Shown: piece after piece, positions 1 to 10,288 of the stretch
How the letters are laid out: every line of letters begins with the position of its first letter
Position numbering within the stretch: the first letter of the stretch is position 1
From: an uncultured delta proteobacterium
GTDB lineage: Bacteria > Desulfobacterota > Desulfomonilia > UBA1062
Assembly: GCA_963847605.1 (NCBI GenBank)
Contig: CAWKAM010000009.1
Coordinates: 12,028 to 76,027, forward strand
Length of the DNA stretch: 64,000 nt
Direction of reading: 5' to 3'
Notes under the pieces: generated by a model
The model's input: the letters and a program-made list of their open reading frames with translations, nothing else
What the model was told of the DNA's origin: nothing
The model's database searches: none
Translations under genes and position numbers: made by a program

Positions 1-65
1 ATTAACGAAACGAACTACTAGTCATATTCCAGTAGAAAAACCCGGCCCCGGCCCGATTTCACACC

Positions 66-1196
66 TTACATATCAAACCACTGCTCCGCCGCTTTCCGGC
101 GCTCCCGGAATTTTGTGTACCTGTCGATCTGCTTTTTTGTGCTGTCGTTAACCGCAAAGGTAAACCCGCTGTATATTGACGGGCCGCCCTTTTTCGGCCA
201 GTTGTTGACATCGATAATGTCGGCTTTTAATACCCTTTTTAATGCATGGGTCATGTCTGCGGTGGTTGTCAGCGCCCAGTCGGGCCTGGCCTTTGAAAGG
301 GCGTCTATATATATGGAGCACTTGCCGAGAACCATGGCCTTCATGATATTGGCAGGATTAAAATAGGTCCTGTAGTTGGTTCGCATCATCACATAGTTAT
401 ACTCCTTCAAGGTGGTGTTCTCGTTGGGATTGGTTATGCAGCAGACCCCGCCGTCAGGGCGCAGGACCCTTGCGATCTCGGCGATATAAAACGGCCTTCT
501 GTGCCTGAAGTTAAGATAGGATGCGTCGGTCGTGTTGACAAGGTTCAATGAATCCGACGGAAAGGGGATTTGATTCATATCACGCGTAAAAAAGGTGATC
601 TCCGATCCCGTCTCTCGGTTTAATTTTTCTGCTTCTTCTATGTTGCCTTCCGATATATCCATGCCAAAGACCCTGTAGCCCTTTCCCCCCGCGTAAAGAG
701 AGCGCAATGTGTCTTCTATAACCCTTGCGAGCCTGCCGTACCCGGTGCCCACATCAAGGGCAGAATACTTACCGTCGGAAGATGGAAAATTTGAAAAAAG
801 GGCCAGTCTTGTCAGAACCTCTTGAAGCTGACGCGAGGGGTCACTGGTGATGACGCGGTAATAGCTTGGGTTTGTGGGAAAATCAACAAAGATAGGGGGG
901 CATATTTTTTCAAACGCCACCACCTTCTGCTGATAGCCCTCCGGATCTTCAAGGAGCTGTGCGAGCATCTCCTCAAGGTTTTCCGGGAAATACTTTTTGA
1001 ACTCTTCCCGCGCCAGCCGTGCCGCATCCTCGTCAATTTTGGGTTTTTTCCCAAGCACATCAAAATAAAATGTATAGAGTCCATCCACCAGAGCCTTCTG
1101 GATAAAGCTTAAGGGCTGGTTGAGCTCCCTGTGCAGGGATTCTTCCTTTTCTCTGGTTTGTTTCAGCAATTCTTTTGCCGATTCATCTTTTTTCAT
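66..1196 (-). CDS. Class I SAM-dependent methyltransferase
   Basis: 376 aa ORF. Gly-rich motif I 'LDVGTGYGRLA' is followed by the acidic motif 'VFGMDISE'. Confidence 0.7.
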   Translation of the reverse strand: MKKDESAKELLKQTREKEESLHRELNQPLSFIQKALVDGLYTFYFDVLGKKPKIDEDAARLAREEFKKYFPENLEEMLAQLLEDPEGYQQKVVAFEKICPPIFVDFPTNPSYYRVITSDPSRQLQEVLTRLALFSNFPSSDGKYSALDVGTGYGRLARVIEDTLRSLYAGGKGYRVFGMDISEGNIEEAEKLNRETGSEITFFTRDMNQIPFPSDSLNLVNTTDASYLNFRHRRPFYIAEIARVLRPDGGVCCITNPNENTTLKEYNYVMMRTNYRTYFNPANIMKAMVLGKCSIYIDALSKARPDWALTTTADMTHALKRVLKADIIDVNNWPKKGGPSIYSGFTFAVNDSTKKQIDRYTKFRERRKAAEQWFDM

Positions 1197-1399
1197 AGAT
1201 GTTTATTTATTCAAGTTTAATTGGACCATTACCATCGGATTATATTAAATAGCCCTTTCACAGGCCGATGTCAACCATCCTGAAACCTGTATTTTTTAAA
1301 AAAACTTACCCCGCAGCCGTCAAATTTTATCTGGACAAAGAAAAAGCTTAAAGGTATTAAGCTACAAGTCATTCGATTTATTCATAAAATATTTTTCAG

Positions 1400-2311
1400 A
1401 TGGGAGGCCAGATTATGCCCGGCAACCGGACGGAAGGAGTACGCGCTGTTCTCATAACAGGAACCTCAACCGGAATCGGCAAAGCCTGCGCACTTTACCT
1501 TGACAGCATAGGGTTTAACGTCTTTGCCGGGGTGCGCAGGGAGGCTGACGGCAACGCCTTGAGGAAAAACGCCTCCGGCAGACTCACCCCGGTTCACATA
1601 GACATCACCGATTCAGAATCCATCGATTCCGCCTTGAAGTTCGTATCCGGTGAGGTGGGCGGCGCCGGTCTGGCGGGGCTGGTTAACAATGCGGGCATTG
1701 TTACCGCGAGCGGCCTCCTGGAGTTTCTTTCCATCGCTGAAATCCGCAACCTGCTGGAGGTCAACCTCATCGGGAACATCGCCGTCACCCAGGCGTTTTT
1801 GCCCCTTATCCGGAAGGGGCATGGCCGCATCGTAAACATGGGTTCAATCGCCGGCATCATGCCCCAACCCTACCTGGCCCCGTATTCAGCCTCAAAAGCC
1901 GCTCTTGAAGCCATCACCGATTCGCTCAGACTGGAGCTTAAACCCTGGAAAATCCCGGTTTCAATCATCGAACCCGGAATCGTCTATACCCCCATGTGGG
2001 ACAAAGCTGAGACAGTAGCGGCAATCAAGGCAAAAAATTTCCCGCAGGAGGCCTTTGACCTCTATGGCCCCACCATCAACGAGGTCGTTGAAATCCTTAA
2101 AAATAAAAAAAGGATAAAAATGGTTGCGGTTTCCATTGATGTGGTTGCAAGGACGGTTGCCCGGGCGCTCACGGCAAAAAGGCCCGGGATACGTTACATC
2201 GTCGGCTGGGATGCCAGGTTGGCCGCTTTTCTTACCTGGGCGCTGCCCCACCGGGCGATAGATTGGCTCGCCATGCTGTTCTGGCGGCAGTTAGGATTAA
2301 AGCAAAGGTAG
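1400..2311 (+). CDS. Short-chain dehydrogenase/reductase (SDR) family oxidoreductase
   Basis: N-terminal 'VLITGTSTGIGKA' Rossmann motif. Catalytic 'YSASK' (YxxxK) and 'NNAG' motifs. Confidence 0.85.
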   Translation: MGGQIMPGNRTEGVRAVLITGTSTGIGKACALYLDSIGFNVFAGVRREADGNALRKNASGRLTPVHIDITDSESIDSALKFVSGEVGGAGLAGLVNNAGIVTASGLLEFLSIAEIRNLLEVNLIGNIAVTQAFLPLIRKGHGRIVNMGSIAGIMPQPYLAPYSASKAALEAITDSLRLELKPWKIPVSIIEPGIVYTPMWDKAETVAAIKAKNFPQEAFDLYGPTINEVVEILKNKKRIKMVAVSIDVVARTVARALTAKRPGIRYIVGWDARLAAFLTWALPHRAIDWLAMLFWRQLGLKQR

Positions 2312-2538
2312 CAGAAAGGAATAGGTATGAAACATTTCAGAGCCATTACAACAGTCGATTCTTACAGCAGCCCTTTTTTATTTGGCGTTTCCACAGACGT
2401 CTTATGCAGCTGCCGAGGAGGGGCACAGCATCACCCTGCTCCAATTGCTGATTCTCGGGTTTGTCCTGGGATTGTACCTCTACAACCACTTCAAGGGCAA
2501 AATCAAAGCCATGTTTACAAAAAAGCAATGACCGTTGA

Positions 2539-3052
2539 TCAGGGTATCGCCTCCCGGTAAAGGCTACGTACATACACGATATACTTCCACATGTAGTGAA
2601 GCATCACAACCGCAGTGAAAAGAAGCAGGATCCCGGCATATTGCCAGCCGATAATGTATGCCATGACCGTTGGATAAACCGCGGCAGCCAGCAGATTCGT
2701 CTCCAGATGCGGTATGTCCAGAATCCCGGCTTTCCGTGAGATAAGGATGATGATGGGGGTCCAGAAGGCTATTCCCGTCAGGGTGACGATCAGAAGCGGC
2801 CATGCCTTTGACACATAAACAACAACAAATATCGTCGTAAACCCGAAGAAAAAATCCGCCAGCGCATCAAAATTCGTGCCCGTACGTCACCTTCTTTTTG
2901 CTTCTTCTTGCAAAATAACCATCCAGGGTGTCGGTTATCGCCCCGGCGGCAAAAAGATAGTAGGCAACCACCCTTTCGTCATGTAATAGGAGCCATATAA
3001 TTACCGGGGTCATAATAATCCGCAAAGACGTCATGATATCCGCAATTCGCAT
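2539..3052 (-). CDS. CDP-alcohol phosphatidyltransferase family protein, interrupted by an apparent 1-nt frameshift at an A4 run (~2868-2872)
   Basis: ORF 2867..3052 carries 'DTLDGYFARR...TYGHEF'. The adjacent frame (continuous with ORF 2539..2814) continues 'FDALADFFFG'. Together these rebuild the D-G-x2-A-R ... G-x3-D-x3-D signature. Confidence 0.6.
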
Positions 3053-3103
3053 GGTTGATACACCTCTTAGTCGATCGTTTAATAGATAATTTTAAAGCAA
3101 ACC

Positions 3104-4282
3104 TTAATGGGCATTATTAAATCTAAAGTGATAAAAATAGACTGCGGCAACGAAAATGGCAACTATAACAGAAAGGATTGCCCAAAATATAAAGACATTG
3201 CCCCAGCCTCCCCCCTGTGATGTGACCAGAAGAGGAACAATCACACCGATCAGGACAGTGCCGATATAGCCCATGCCGTCTATAAACCCTGTAGACGCAG
3301 CCACCACCTGCTGATCAACGAAACGTGTCGGCATGGTTGTAACCAGAAAAACATGGGGTCCATACAAAAAGAAGCTGCCGACCAACAATACAAGTGTTGC
3401 CCAAAGGCCTTCTGTAAATGGGAGTATTGCGAAGCTCACCGCAAGGAAAATCAGGAAAATAATCGTCAGCACGTCCTTGCTGATTTTAAATCTGTTGTAC
3501 ACAAGGGTTCCTATCACGCCGGCAATAGGAATCAAAAACACCTTCAGGCCCACATCGCCCATATCTTTTACCATCAGATGCTGATGTTGAAAAAGATATA
3601 GAGGGATCCAGCTTATGACACCATATCTTACCATATTCAGTAGGCATAAAGATAACCCGCTGAAAACAATCGGCAAGGACAATGTGTTTTTGACCTGATT
3701 ATTTACTTTTTGAGGGGGTTCAATCTTCAGCTCCGGCTTTGTCAATAACAGCAATATTCCCCTTGCAAGCATGAAAGCCGAGGCCACAAAGAATCCTGCC
3801 CGCCATCCCCAGGCGCCCACAGCATACGCGGATACCAGCCACGCAACAGAATTGCCGACCTGATAGGATGTTCCTAATATTATCGATGTACGCTCTCTGT
3901 CTTCAGTACGCTGGGTAAGCGCATTTGCTCTCACGCAGGAGGACCAGCCCATGGACTGAAACAATCCCTCCACTATCTCCCCTGCAAATAATAGAGTAAA
4001 AAACCCGGCATAACAGCCGAGGAAAAAATTCATAAAAGCAGAGCAGATTAATCCTATGGAAATGTATACAAACGGATTATAGCGTTCTGAAACCTGACCG
4101 TGAAAAAACTGACCGAATGCATATGCAAAGAAAAAACCGCTGGTGACCAACCCAACGTTCATCATGCTCAAATCTTTATGCGTGGCCAATAACGCCGGCA
4201 CCACAATGCTCAGATTCACCTTGCCGAAATAGTACGTTGCATAAGATGACCAGATATTCCAGAATATAGGTTTGTTTTTCAT
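3104..4282 (-). CDS. MFS-type membrane transporter
   Basis: 392 aa, roughly 12 predicted hydrophobic helices and a Gly-rich MFS-like composition. Overlaps the upstream gene by 4 nt. Confidence 0.7.
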   Translation of the reverse strand: MKNKPIFWNIWSSYATYYFGKVNLSIVVPALLATHKDLSMMNVGLVTSGFFFAYAFGQFFHGQVSERYNPFVYISIGLICSAFMNFFLGCYAGFFTLLFAGEIVEGLFQSMGWSSCVRANALTQRTEDRERTSIILGTSYQVGNSVAWLVSAYAVGAWGWRAGFFVASAFMLARGILLLLTKPELKIEPPQKVNNQVKNTLSLPIVFSGLSLCLLNMVRYGVISWIPLYLFQHQHLMVKDMGDVGLKVFLIPIAGVIGTLVYNRFKISKDVLTIIFLIFLAVSFAILPFTEGLWATLVLLVGSFFLYGPHVFLVTTMPTRFVDQQVVAASTGFIDGMGYIGTVLIGVIVPLLVTSQGGGWGNVFIFWAILSVIVAIFVAAVYFYHFRFNNAH

Positions 4283-4710
4283 GTTTTTTTGTCTTTTGAT
4301 ATGCGTGATATTTCATTCTTGATGTTTGTTGAGGACTGGCCGGGAAAATAGGGAATTACAATAACTCTCCCGTTGATTTCTTCCAGAACCTTTCTTGCCT
4401 TTTCGATGTCCTGCTCATCGTGATTTGAACTTTCCATCAGTATATCCGGTCTAATCATCATCACATTCTGCAATGGCGAATAGGTTTCCTGGGCCACCAC
4501 CACATCCACATATTTTATCGCGGCCGCAAGCGCCATCCGGTCTTCAAAGGAAAGCAACGGCTTGGGCTTTTTCTCCATAACCGCCTCATCCGTCAGGATT
4601 CCCACAATCATTTTCCCGTCTTCTCCGGCGATCGCCTTTGCGTTTCTCATCATCATGAGATGACCTTTATGAACGATATCCAATACATAGTATGAATAAA
4701 CAATTTTCAT
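4279..4710 (-). CDS. Small cytidylyltransferase-fold (HxGH) nucleotidyltransferase, TagD/GCT-like
   Basis: 143 aa. 'YVLDIVHKGHL' HxGH motif near the N-terminus. Size matches glycerol-3-phosphate cytidylyltransferase-like enzymes. Confidence 0.65.
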   Translation of the reverse strand: MKIVYSYYVLDIVHKGHLMMMRNAKAIAGEDGKMIVGILTDEAVMEKKPKPLLSFEDRMALAAAIKYVDVVVAQETYSPLQNVMMIRPDILMESSNHDEQDIEKARKVLEEINGRVIVIPYFPGQSSTNIKNEISRISKDKKT

Positions 4711-4740
4711 TTTTATCTTTCCCTGATTGTCTGATTTCTG

Positions 4741-5169
4741 TTACGGTTTTTTAAAAGCACCCTTTGAAATAGCCATTGCAACAGACATCACCAGAATGCT
4801 GATCGCGATGCTCCATCCGGGTGAATGCACCCCTACCTCTATGGAAAAGGAGATAAATGTAATCGGAACAAGTGCCAAAAGCGACATCACTAGGATGATC
4901 CACCAGGCATACCTGTCCCCTCTGCTGAATTGAAACCTGATCATCATGACAAAACCGATACCCATGGATAACGCAAGGGCGCCCACCACCTTCATGGAGG
5001 CCACGCTGAGCGAAGCCATTTTCGGGTCCAACTCCTCAAACGTCTTGCCGAGAAACCTCTCATGATAAGGCATTATCCTTGGCCAAATTAAATATACCAG
5101 CCCGAACAGGATAATGTAAGCGGCAAACACATAAAGCATGATGGCCGCCACCTTCAATCTCTTTTCCAT
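4741..5169 (-). CDS. Hypothetical integral membrane protein
   Basis: 142 aa, about 4 hydrophobic segments. No recognisable catalytic motif. Confidence 0.45.
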   Translation of the reverse strand: MEKRLKVAAIMLYVFAAYIILFGLVYLIWPRIMPYHERFLGKTFEELDPKMASLSVASMKVVGALALSMGIGFVMMIRFQFSRGDRYAWWIILVMSLLALVPITFISFSIEVGVHSPGWSIAISILVMSVAMAISKGAFKKP

Positions 5170-5309
5170 AATTTATCCCATTGTTATTTTTGTTGCGTCA
5201 TTTTTGGCTGGACAGGAGGGTTTCAAAACCGCTGCCCGATTTTTTTCTTTTACATTATATCCAAAATGGCCCATGGGATCAATAGCCTTTGTTCTTTTAA
5301 ATCAAAATT

Positions 5310-5747
5310 TCAAGCATATTGCGCTTGACAACCATTTCTATAAAGCATGGCGAAGTGAAAAAGACGTATCGTTGGCGATCCTTGGGCGATCGTATACGAC
5401 TGGTAATGCACAAGAAAAGACATCAGCCAGGCGTCTACACGGAAGGTCTCAGCATCAGTCCTTTGTTGCAATCTGTCTAGACTTACAAGACCTGTTGGGA
5501 CTGGATTGCCGTCAACCTGGAGGTTGAATTTCCTTATGTCGAGATCCTCGCTCAAATAGGTATAATTCACTGCTAAGCCATAAGGGAGCGGCAGCTGGCT
5601 CCTTGTTTGCTCGGGGACAGATGACAGGTCAAGGGGCAATAACTGATTGTCTGCAGCGGTTGCAGTCCCGGAAAAAATGAATACAAAACTAATCACAAAG
5701 ATGAAATGGGAAAATCTTATCTTTCTTGGAAGAATAGCATTGAACAT
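5310..5747 (-). CDS. Hypothetical secreted protein
   Basis: Start trimmed to the internal Met. Hydrophobic signal-like N-terminus 'FIFVISFVFIFSGTATAADN'. AT-rich gene. Confidence 0.45.
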   Translation of the reverse strand: MFNAILPRKIRFSHFIFVISFVFIFSGTATAADNQLLPLDLSSVPEQTRSQLPLPYGLAVNYTYLSEDLDIRKFNLQVDGNPVPTGLVSLDRLQQRTDAETFRVDAWLMSFLVHYQSYTIAQGSPTIRLFHFAMLYRNGCQAQYA

Positions 5748-5894
5748 AGTGTGCCTCCTCTTTCTCAACAGATTTTATTAAACATTCATATTGCCAAGTA
5801 CTCTCTCGCGACCTGGTTTCCACAAGCAGAATGCCAACTCTGCTCTCAGAATAACGGCAAGGGATGATCCTCTAAAGGTGTCATGAACCTTGAA

Positions 5895-7793
5895 TTATTT
5901 ATTTCTAGCAACAACAAAATCAGCTACCCATCCGGGGATGAATGCCCAGGCACGATTATCTTTTGAGGTTCTTCCGAGATCCAGAGTCCCAACAAGCCAT
6001 ACTTTTGATTTGTAAGCAACACTGGCTCCATATGACTGCAGGCTATTGGCAAAAGATAGTATTCCAGGTTTTTTTATCATACCACATTCCCCTATGCTGT
6101 ACCCGGCACTATGTCCCTCGGAACCAGGCCACGCAGTAATATAGTGTGCAGCCAATGCCGGGGCCAGAGCCATGGTCCTGACAAACTCAGCTATTGTCTT
6201 ACATTTTAATCCATGCCTGAATGACAACCATGAAGCTATAATTCGGGGTAATGGTGTATATTCATCTTGAGGGTCCGGCACACCATGTATTGTTCTTAAG
6301 TATTCTTTTCCCCATCCATTTGTATCTCTGAAGAAATCATCTAATCTCCACATGGGCGAAGAAAAATCAACGGCATAAATCTTACTGCACTGCTTAAATA
6401 CTTCACGAGCCATGGCTTGTGCATATGTGGTCACATCATGATCAGATTGAATATCAAGGGCGCCTATTGTGTATGCAGTCATTCCCAGATAAATAGGTTG
6501 ATCGTGATAGTTTATGCCAAACTTGTTATGTATGCTTTTTAATTGATATTCGCTCAATGGCTTGGTTACATCACCTTTCATGAAAATGATTCTATCTTTG
6601 ATTCCTTGCAGTTCTGGTTTTTTGCCCATCACCTCAAATCTGTTCAGACCTGCTGCAAGCTGATCTTCCTCCAGGTCAATTACCACTGCTTTTACCTTGT
6701 TCAGTAATCTTGCTCGTAACTCATTATCCTCAAGAGAATAAATCATCTTCAACAATAACTCTGAAAGATTCCCTACTCCCCCGGCATAATCTAATACCAC
6801 TATGGATTTATTACGATCTCCTTGCATTATATCTGTAATGTCATCCAATATTCTCTTAACTAGTGCCTTCCTTCCAATCTGGTCTTGAGAAACGAATGTT
6901 GAGTCAAGAGTGACATGCTCTACAGGAACTTCTGCAACAGGGTATAACCCAAGAAACCTGCTGTTATCGTCAACAAGAAACCTGCCTACTCCGAGAATAG
7001 ACTTCCTATCTACGTTTTGATCTAATAAACAATCCAGGTTCTCTGCGATATAATGAGGAATCTGGCCAGTAATGCGCGCATGAAAAGCCGGATATAATTC
7101 CCTCAGTATTGCATATAAATCAATCCCGGCAGGCCAGATGGCACCAAAACATTGCCAGGCAACGTTTACTTCCACAGGAGTTCCCAACATCGTATGTATC
7201 TTATTGGATCTAAAAACGTTACCCACCCTTCTCAACAGATTTAAAATCTGAATTGTCTCCTGGATGAGTCGTTTCTGTTTATAGAACCCATTAACTTCCC
7301 TATTTTCCACATGTGATGTTATTGCTTTGAAAAATGGTGCCTTGCTGATTAATTTTGATTGTCTTATCAGCTGCCTACCTGTTAATTCCTGATGCGATAT
7401 TTCTTCAGGAACATACCCATTCTGAACTTTCATTTTGTTGATAGCTGAAATAGAGTCCGGTATGCATCCCTCTTTTTCATATTGTTTTATGGTTCTGCTG
7501 TAAGTCAATAGATCTTCCCATGCACTTTGATCATGAAACACCTGACGTGCTTCAACGGTATCTCTTTCCAACTTTAGCGGATACATGGTTGCAGGATCCA
7601 CAAGATCCTTGCTCGTGATAACATCATCTTTCATGGGATTCTTGATGTTGAAACTCACACCTTCTTCGATCTTCTTAAGGCTTCCAATGCTGTAAATCTT
7701 TCTGGGGGTAGTGGGGGGTACAGATACCGAGCTCTTGGTCTCCGATTCACCCCTGGTAGTCACAAAACTCAGATCTGTTTTTAGGTTTTTCAT
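5895..7793 (-). CDS. Hypothetical ~630 aa protein with a central class I SAM-methyltransferase-like core
   Basis: Start moved to Met16 because it is preceded by AGAGGAA. Motif I 'VVLDYAGGVGN', acidic motif 'AVVIDLEED' and motif 'IFMKGDV' lie in canonical order. 'GHSAG' sits near the C-terminus. No signal peptide. AT-rich. Confidence 0.5.
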   Translation of the reverse strand: MKNLKTDLSFVTTRGESETKSSVSVPPTTPRKIYSIGSLKKIEEGVSFNIKNPMKDDVITSKDLVDPATMYPLKLERDTVEARQVFHDQSAWEDLLTYSRTIKQYEKEGCIPDSISAINKMKVQNGYVPEEISHQELTGRQLIRQSKLISKAPFFKAITSHVENREVNGFYKQKRLIQETIQILNLLRRVGNVFRSNKIHTMLGTPVEVNVAWQCFGAIWPAGIDLYAILRELYPAFHARITGQIPHYIAENLDCLLDQNVDRKSILGVGRFLVDDNSRFLGLYPVAEVPVEHVTLDSTFVSQDQIGRKALVKRILDDITDIMQGDRNKSIVVLDYAGGVGNLSELLLKMIYSLEDNELRARLLNKVKAVVIDLEEDQLAAGLNRFEVMGKKPELQGIKDRIIFMKGDVTKPLSEYQLKSIHNKFGINYHDQPIYLGMTAYTIGALDIQSDHDVTTYAQAMAREVFKQCSKIYAVDFSSPMWRLDDFFRDTNGWGKEYLRTIHGVPDPQDEYTPLPRIIASWLSFRHGLKCKTIAEFVRTMALAPALAAHYITAWPGSEGHSAGYSIGECGMIKKPGILSFANSLQSYGASVAYKSKVWLVGTLDLGRTSKDNRAWAFIPGWVADFVVARNK

Positions 7794-8313
7794 TTGTGTT
7801 CCTCTTTCGTTGAAGCTGGATTGGGTACCAATGCACATTTGTCGAGGGTTTCAGATGATAACAGGATATGCATAGGTCAATTGTATCTTACAAAACATGT
7901 GCCAAATAATTGAGTTAGAGTTACCTAAATAACCTCGGGTTATTCACAGGCATAATCTAGTACTATTTAATAATAATCAGTATTACCGTTGTATTACATA
8001 TAGTTGAAAAAATTATAGGAAGAGAAACTTTTATGACTGTAGTAAATTAATCCTACCCCGAGAAGAAAAAGTTTTCCAATGATCGGTCCCTCTTATCACG
8101 CTGTTTGCCCATATTAGCGTATTGCAGACTTTTATCACTCTAAGCAATATTGGATATCTAATAATAATAAGTATAGCTTACGTGCCATAATTTCATTTCA
8201 AGATGTATTGATCTTGAGCGTAGATCTCTTTTTGAAACCTGTGATACATGAGTAATGAACCGGCTTTCAGCTCTTGCTTTCTTGTCATTTGAGAAACGAA
8301 AAGAGGAGGGACA

Positions 8314-8751
8314 ATGATGGAACAAGAAAGACTGCTTAAGACGGCATTTTTGGCGGGTGCGATAACCGATGCTCTGGCGGTGTTGCCGATGTTGGTTCCT
8401 GAACTTGCCCGTCTCCTTTGGGGATTCGACAATCAGTCCCATGCCTACCGGTTCGCCATGGGTTATGCTGCTTCTCTCATGCTGGGTTGGACAGGGCTTC
8501 TTATGTGGGCATACCGGCGTCCGATCGAAAGGCGCTTTGTCGCGGCTCTAACGGTCTTTGTCATTTACGGCCTTGCGTTGACCGAGGTCGTTGCCGTCCT
8601 TTCGGGCCGTCTCGCGGTATGGCGCATGGTTCCTACGTGGTGTCTTCAGGTGGCATTGCTCTGCCTCTTCGCAGGGGCTTATCACTATCATACTATTCGT
8701 GCATTCATGAGTATCCGCCCGGAGCGTTGCAGAAAAGACTACAACGTATAG
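8314..8751 (+). CDS. Hypothetical membrane protein
   Basis: 145 aa, 4 hydrophobic helices. Confidence 0.45.
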   Translation: MMEQERLLKTAFLAGAITDALAVLPMLVPELARLLWGFDNQSHAYRFAMGYAASLMLGWTGLLMWAYRRPIERRFVAALTVFVIYGLALTEVVAVLSGRLAVWRMVPTWCLQVALLCLFAGAYHYHTIRAFMSIRPERCRKDYNV

Positions 8752-8849
8752 CATCCGTGCCGTAATTGCCATATCCTTAGGGATGGGCATAATTATGCTA
8801 TGACTCATTGCCCGAGGCAAAACCGACATTATTATAGAGGTCGTATAAA

Positions 8850-9200
8850 ATGAAGAAGATACTCTTAGTAGACGATGATATACGCATCCAAAGGCTTATC
8901 AGGGAAGAGCTCGAAGAGGATGGGTATCATATATCGACCGCCTCCAATGGAAAGGAGGCACTTGCATGTATAAACAGGCCCGAAAAGCCCGATCTTATCA
9001 TCCTGGACCTCCGCATGCCCAGAATGAGCGGGCTTGATACCATGAAATTCATATCAAATCTCAAAGAAAAAGTCCCTGTGATCATTTTTACGGCATATGG
9101 CGCCTACAGGAATGATCCGTTGGCCAAGTCGGCGAATGCCTATGTTGTAAAGTCCTCCGACGTTTCGGAGTTGAAAAAGAAGGTCCATGATTTGCTATAG
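8850..9200 (+). CDS. Stand-alone response regulator receiver (CheY-like) protein
   Basis: 'KILLVDDD' region, phospho-acceptor context 'LIILDLRMP'. 116 aa with no output domain. Confidence 0.85.
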   Translation: MKKILLVDDDIRIQRLIREELEEDGYHISTASNGKEALACINRPEKPDLIILDLRMPRMSGLDTMKFISNLKEKVPVIIFTAYGAYRNDPLAKSANAYVVKSSDVSELKKKVHDLL

Positions 9201-9301
9201 CCTTGCCGTTATGTAAGTTTCTCCTGAGGAACGCATCTTTCCTCATACGATATCCCATTGATTATTGGCAGAAGACAACTAACATTGAAGTAAAAAGAGA
9301 C

Positions 9302-10288
9302 ATGAACATGACAGCGCCTGCGATCCACATCTGTGATCTGTCCAAAATCTATGTCGTGAACGAGCGTGAAGTCGGGGTGAAGGCCGCGCTCAAAAGCCTC
9401 GTGCACCGGCGCACGAGAGAAATACACGCCGTGGACGGCATCACGTTCGACCTTGCCCCCGGCGAGATCGTGGGGTTCTTAGGCCCCAACGGAGCAGGTA
9501 AGACGACCACGCTCAAGATGCTTTCGGGCCTGCTCCACCCCACTGCGGGCGAGGTCAGCGTGCTCGGCCATGTGCCGTGGAAGCGCGACAAAGAATATCT
9601 CCGCCGGATTACGCTCGTTATGGGGCAGCGTAACCAGTTGATCTGGGATATCCCGGCCCTGGATTCGTTCGAATTGAACCGGGCCGTCTACCGCATTCCG
9701 CTTGAGGACTATCGCCTCATGCTCGGCGAGCTGACCGAGCTCCTTGAGCTGGGGCCGCTTCTCCAGAAGCCTGTCCGTAACCTCTCTTTAGGTGAACGGA
9801 TGAAGTGCGAGATTGCATCCGCCCTCCTGCACCGGCCCCAGGTGGTTTTCCTCGACGAGCCCACCATAGGCCTTGATGTGACCATGCAGCGGCGCATCCG
9901 CACCTTTATTGCAGAGTACAACCGCCGCTTCGATGCGACCGTCCTGCTGACCAGCCACTACATGGCCGACGTCGAGGCGCTGTGCCGCCGCGTCGTCGTC
10001 ATCCACCACGGCAGGCTCCTCTTCGACGGCGACCTGTCGAATATGGTGCAGCAATTCACCGCCCATAAAACCATTGTGGTGCAATTGGGAAATTGCCAGA
10101 CAAACTTGAATTCCTACGGCGAGGTGGTCTCCTGTTCCGACGGCCTTGTTACGCTGCGCGTCCCGAAGGCTGAGACCGCCCATGTCACCGAGCGTCTGCT
10201 GGCCGATCTGCCGGTGATCGACCTGCTGGTAGAGGACCCGCCCATCGAGGAAGTAATCGAGCGGGTCTTTGCACAGGAGCCCATATGA
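9302..10288 (+). CDS. ABC transporter ATP-binding protein (ABC-2 exporter type)
   Basis: Walker A 'GPNGAGKTT', signature 'LSLGERMK', Walker B 'VVFLDEPT'. Start chosen at the internal Met. Confidence 0.85.
   Translation: MNMTAPAIHICDLSKIYVVNEREVGVKAALKSLVHRRTREIHAVDGITFDLAPGEIVGFLGPNGAGKTTTLKMLSGLLHPTAGEVSVLGHVPWKRDKEYLRRITLVMGQRNQLIWDIPALDSFELNRAVYRIPLEDYRLMLGELTELLELGPLLQKPVRNLSLGERMKCEIASALLHRPQVVFLDEPTIGLDVTMQRRIRTFIAEYNRRFDATVLLTSHYMADVEALCRRVVVIHHGRLLFDGDLSNMVQQFTAHKTIVVQLGNCQTNLNSYGEVVSCSDGLVTLRVPKAETAHVTERLLADLPVIDLLVEDPPIEEVIERVFAQEPI

Noticed and set aside
36-62. GC-rich 'cccggccccggccc' followed by A/T run near the 3' end of the first gene
   Set aside because: It does not form a clean inverted repeat, so a terminator call is not justified.
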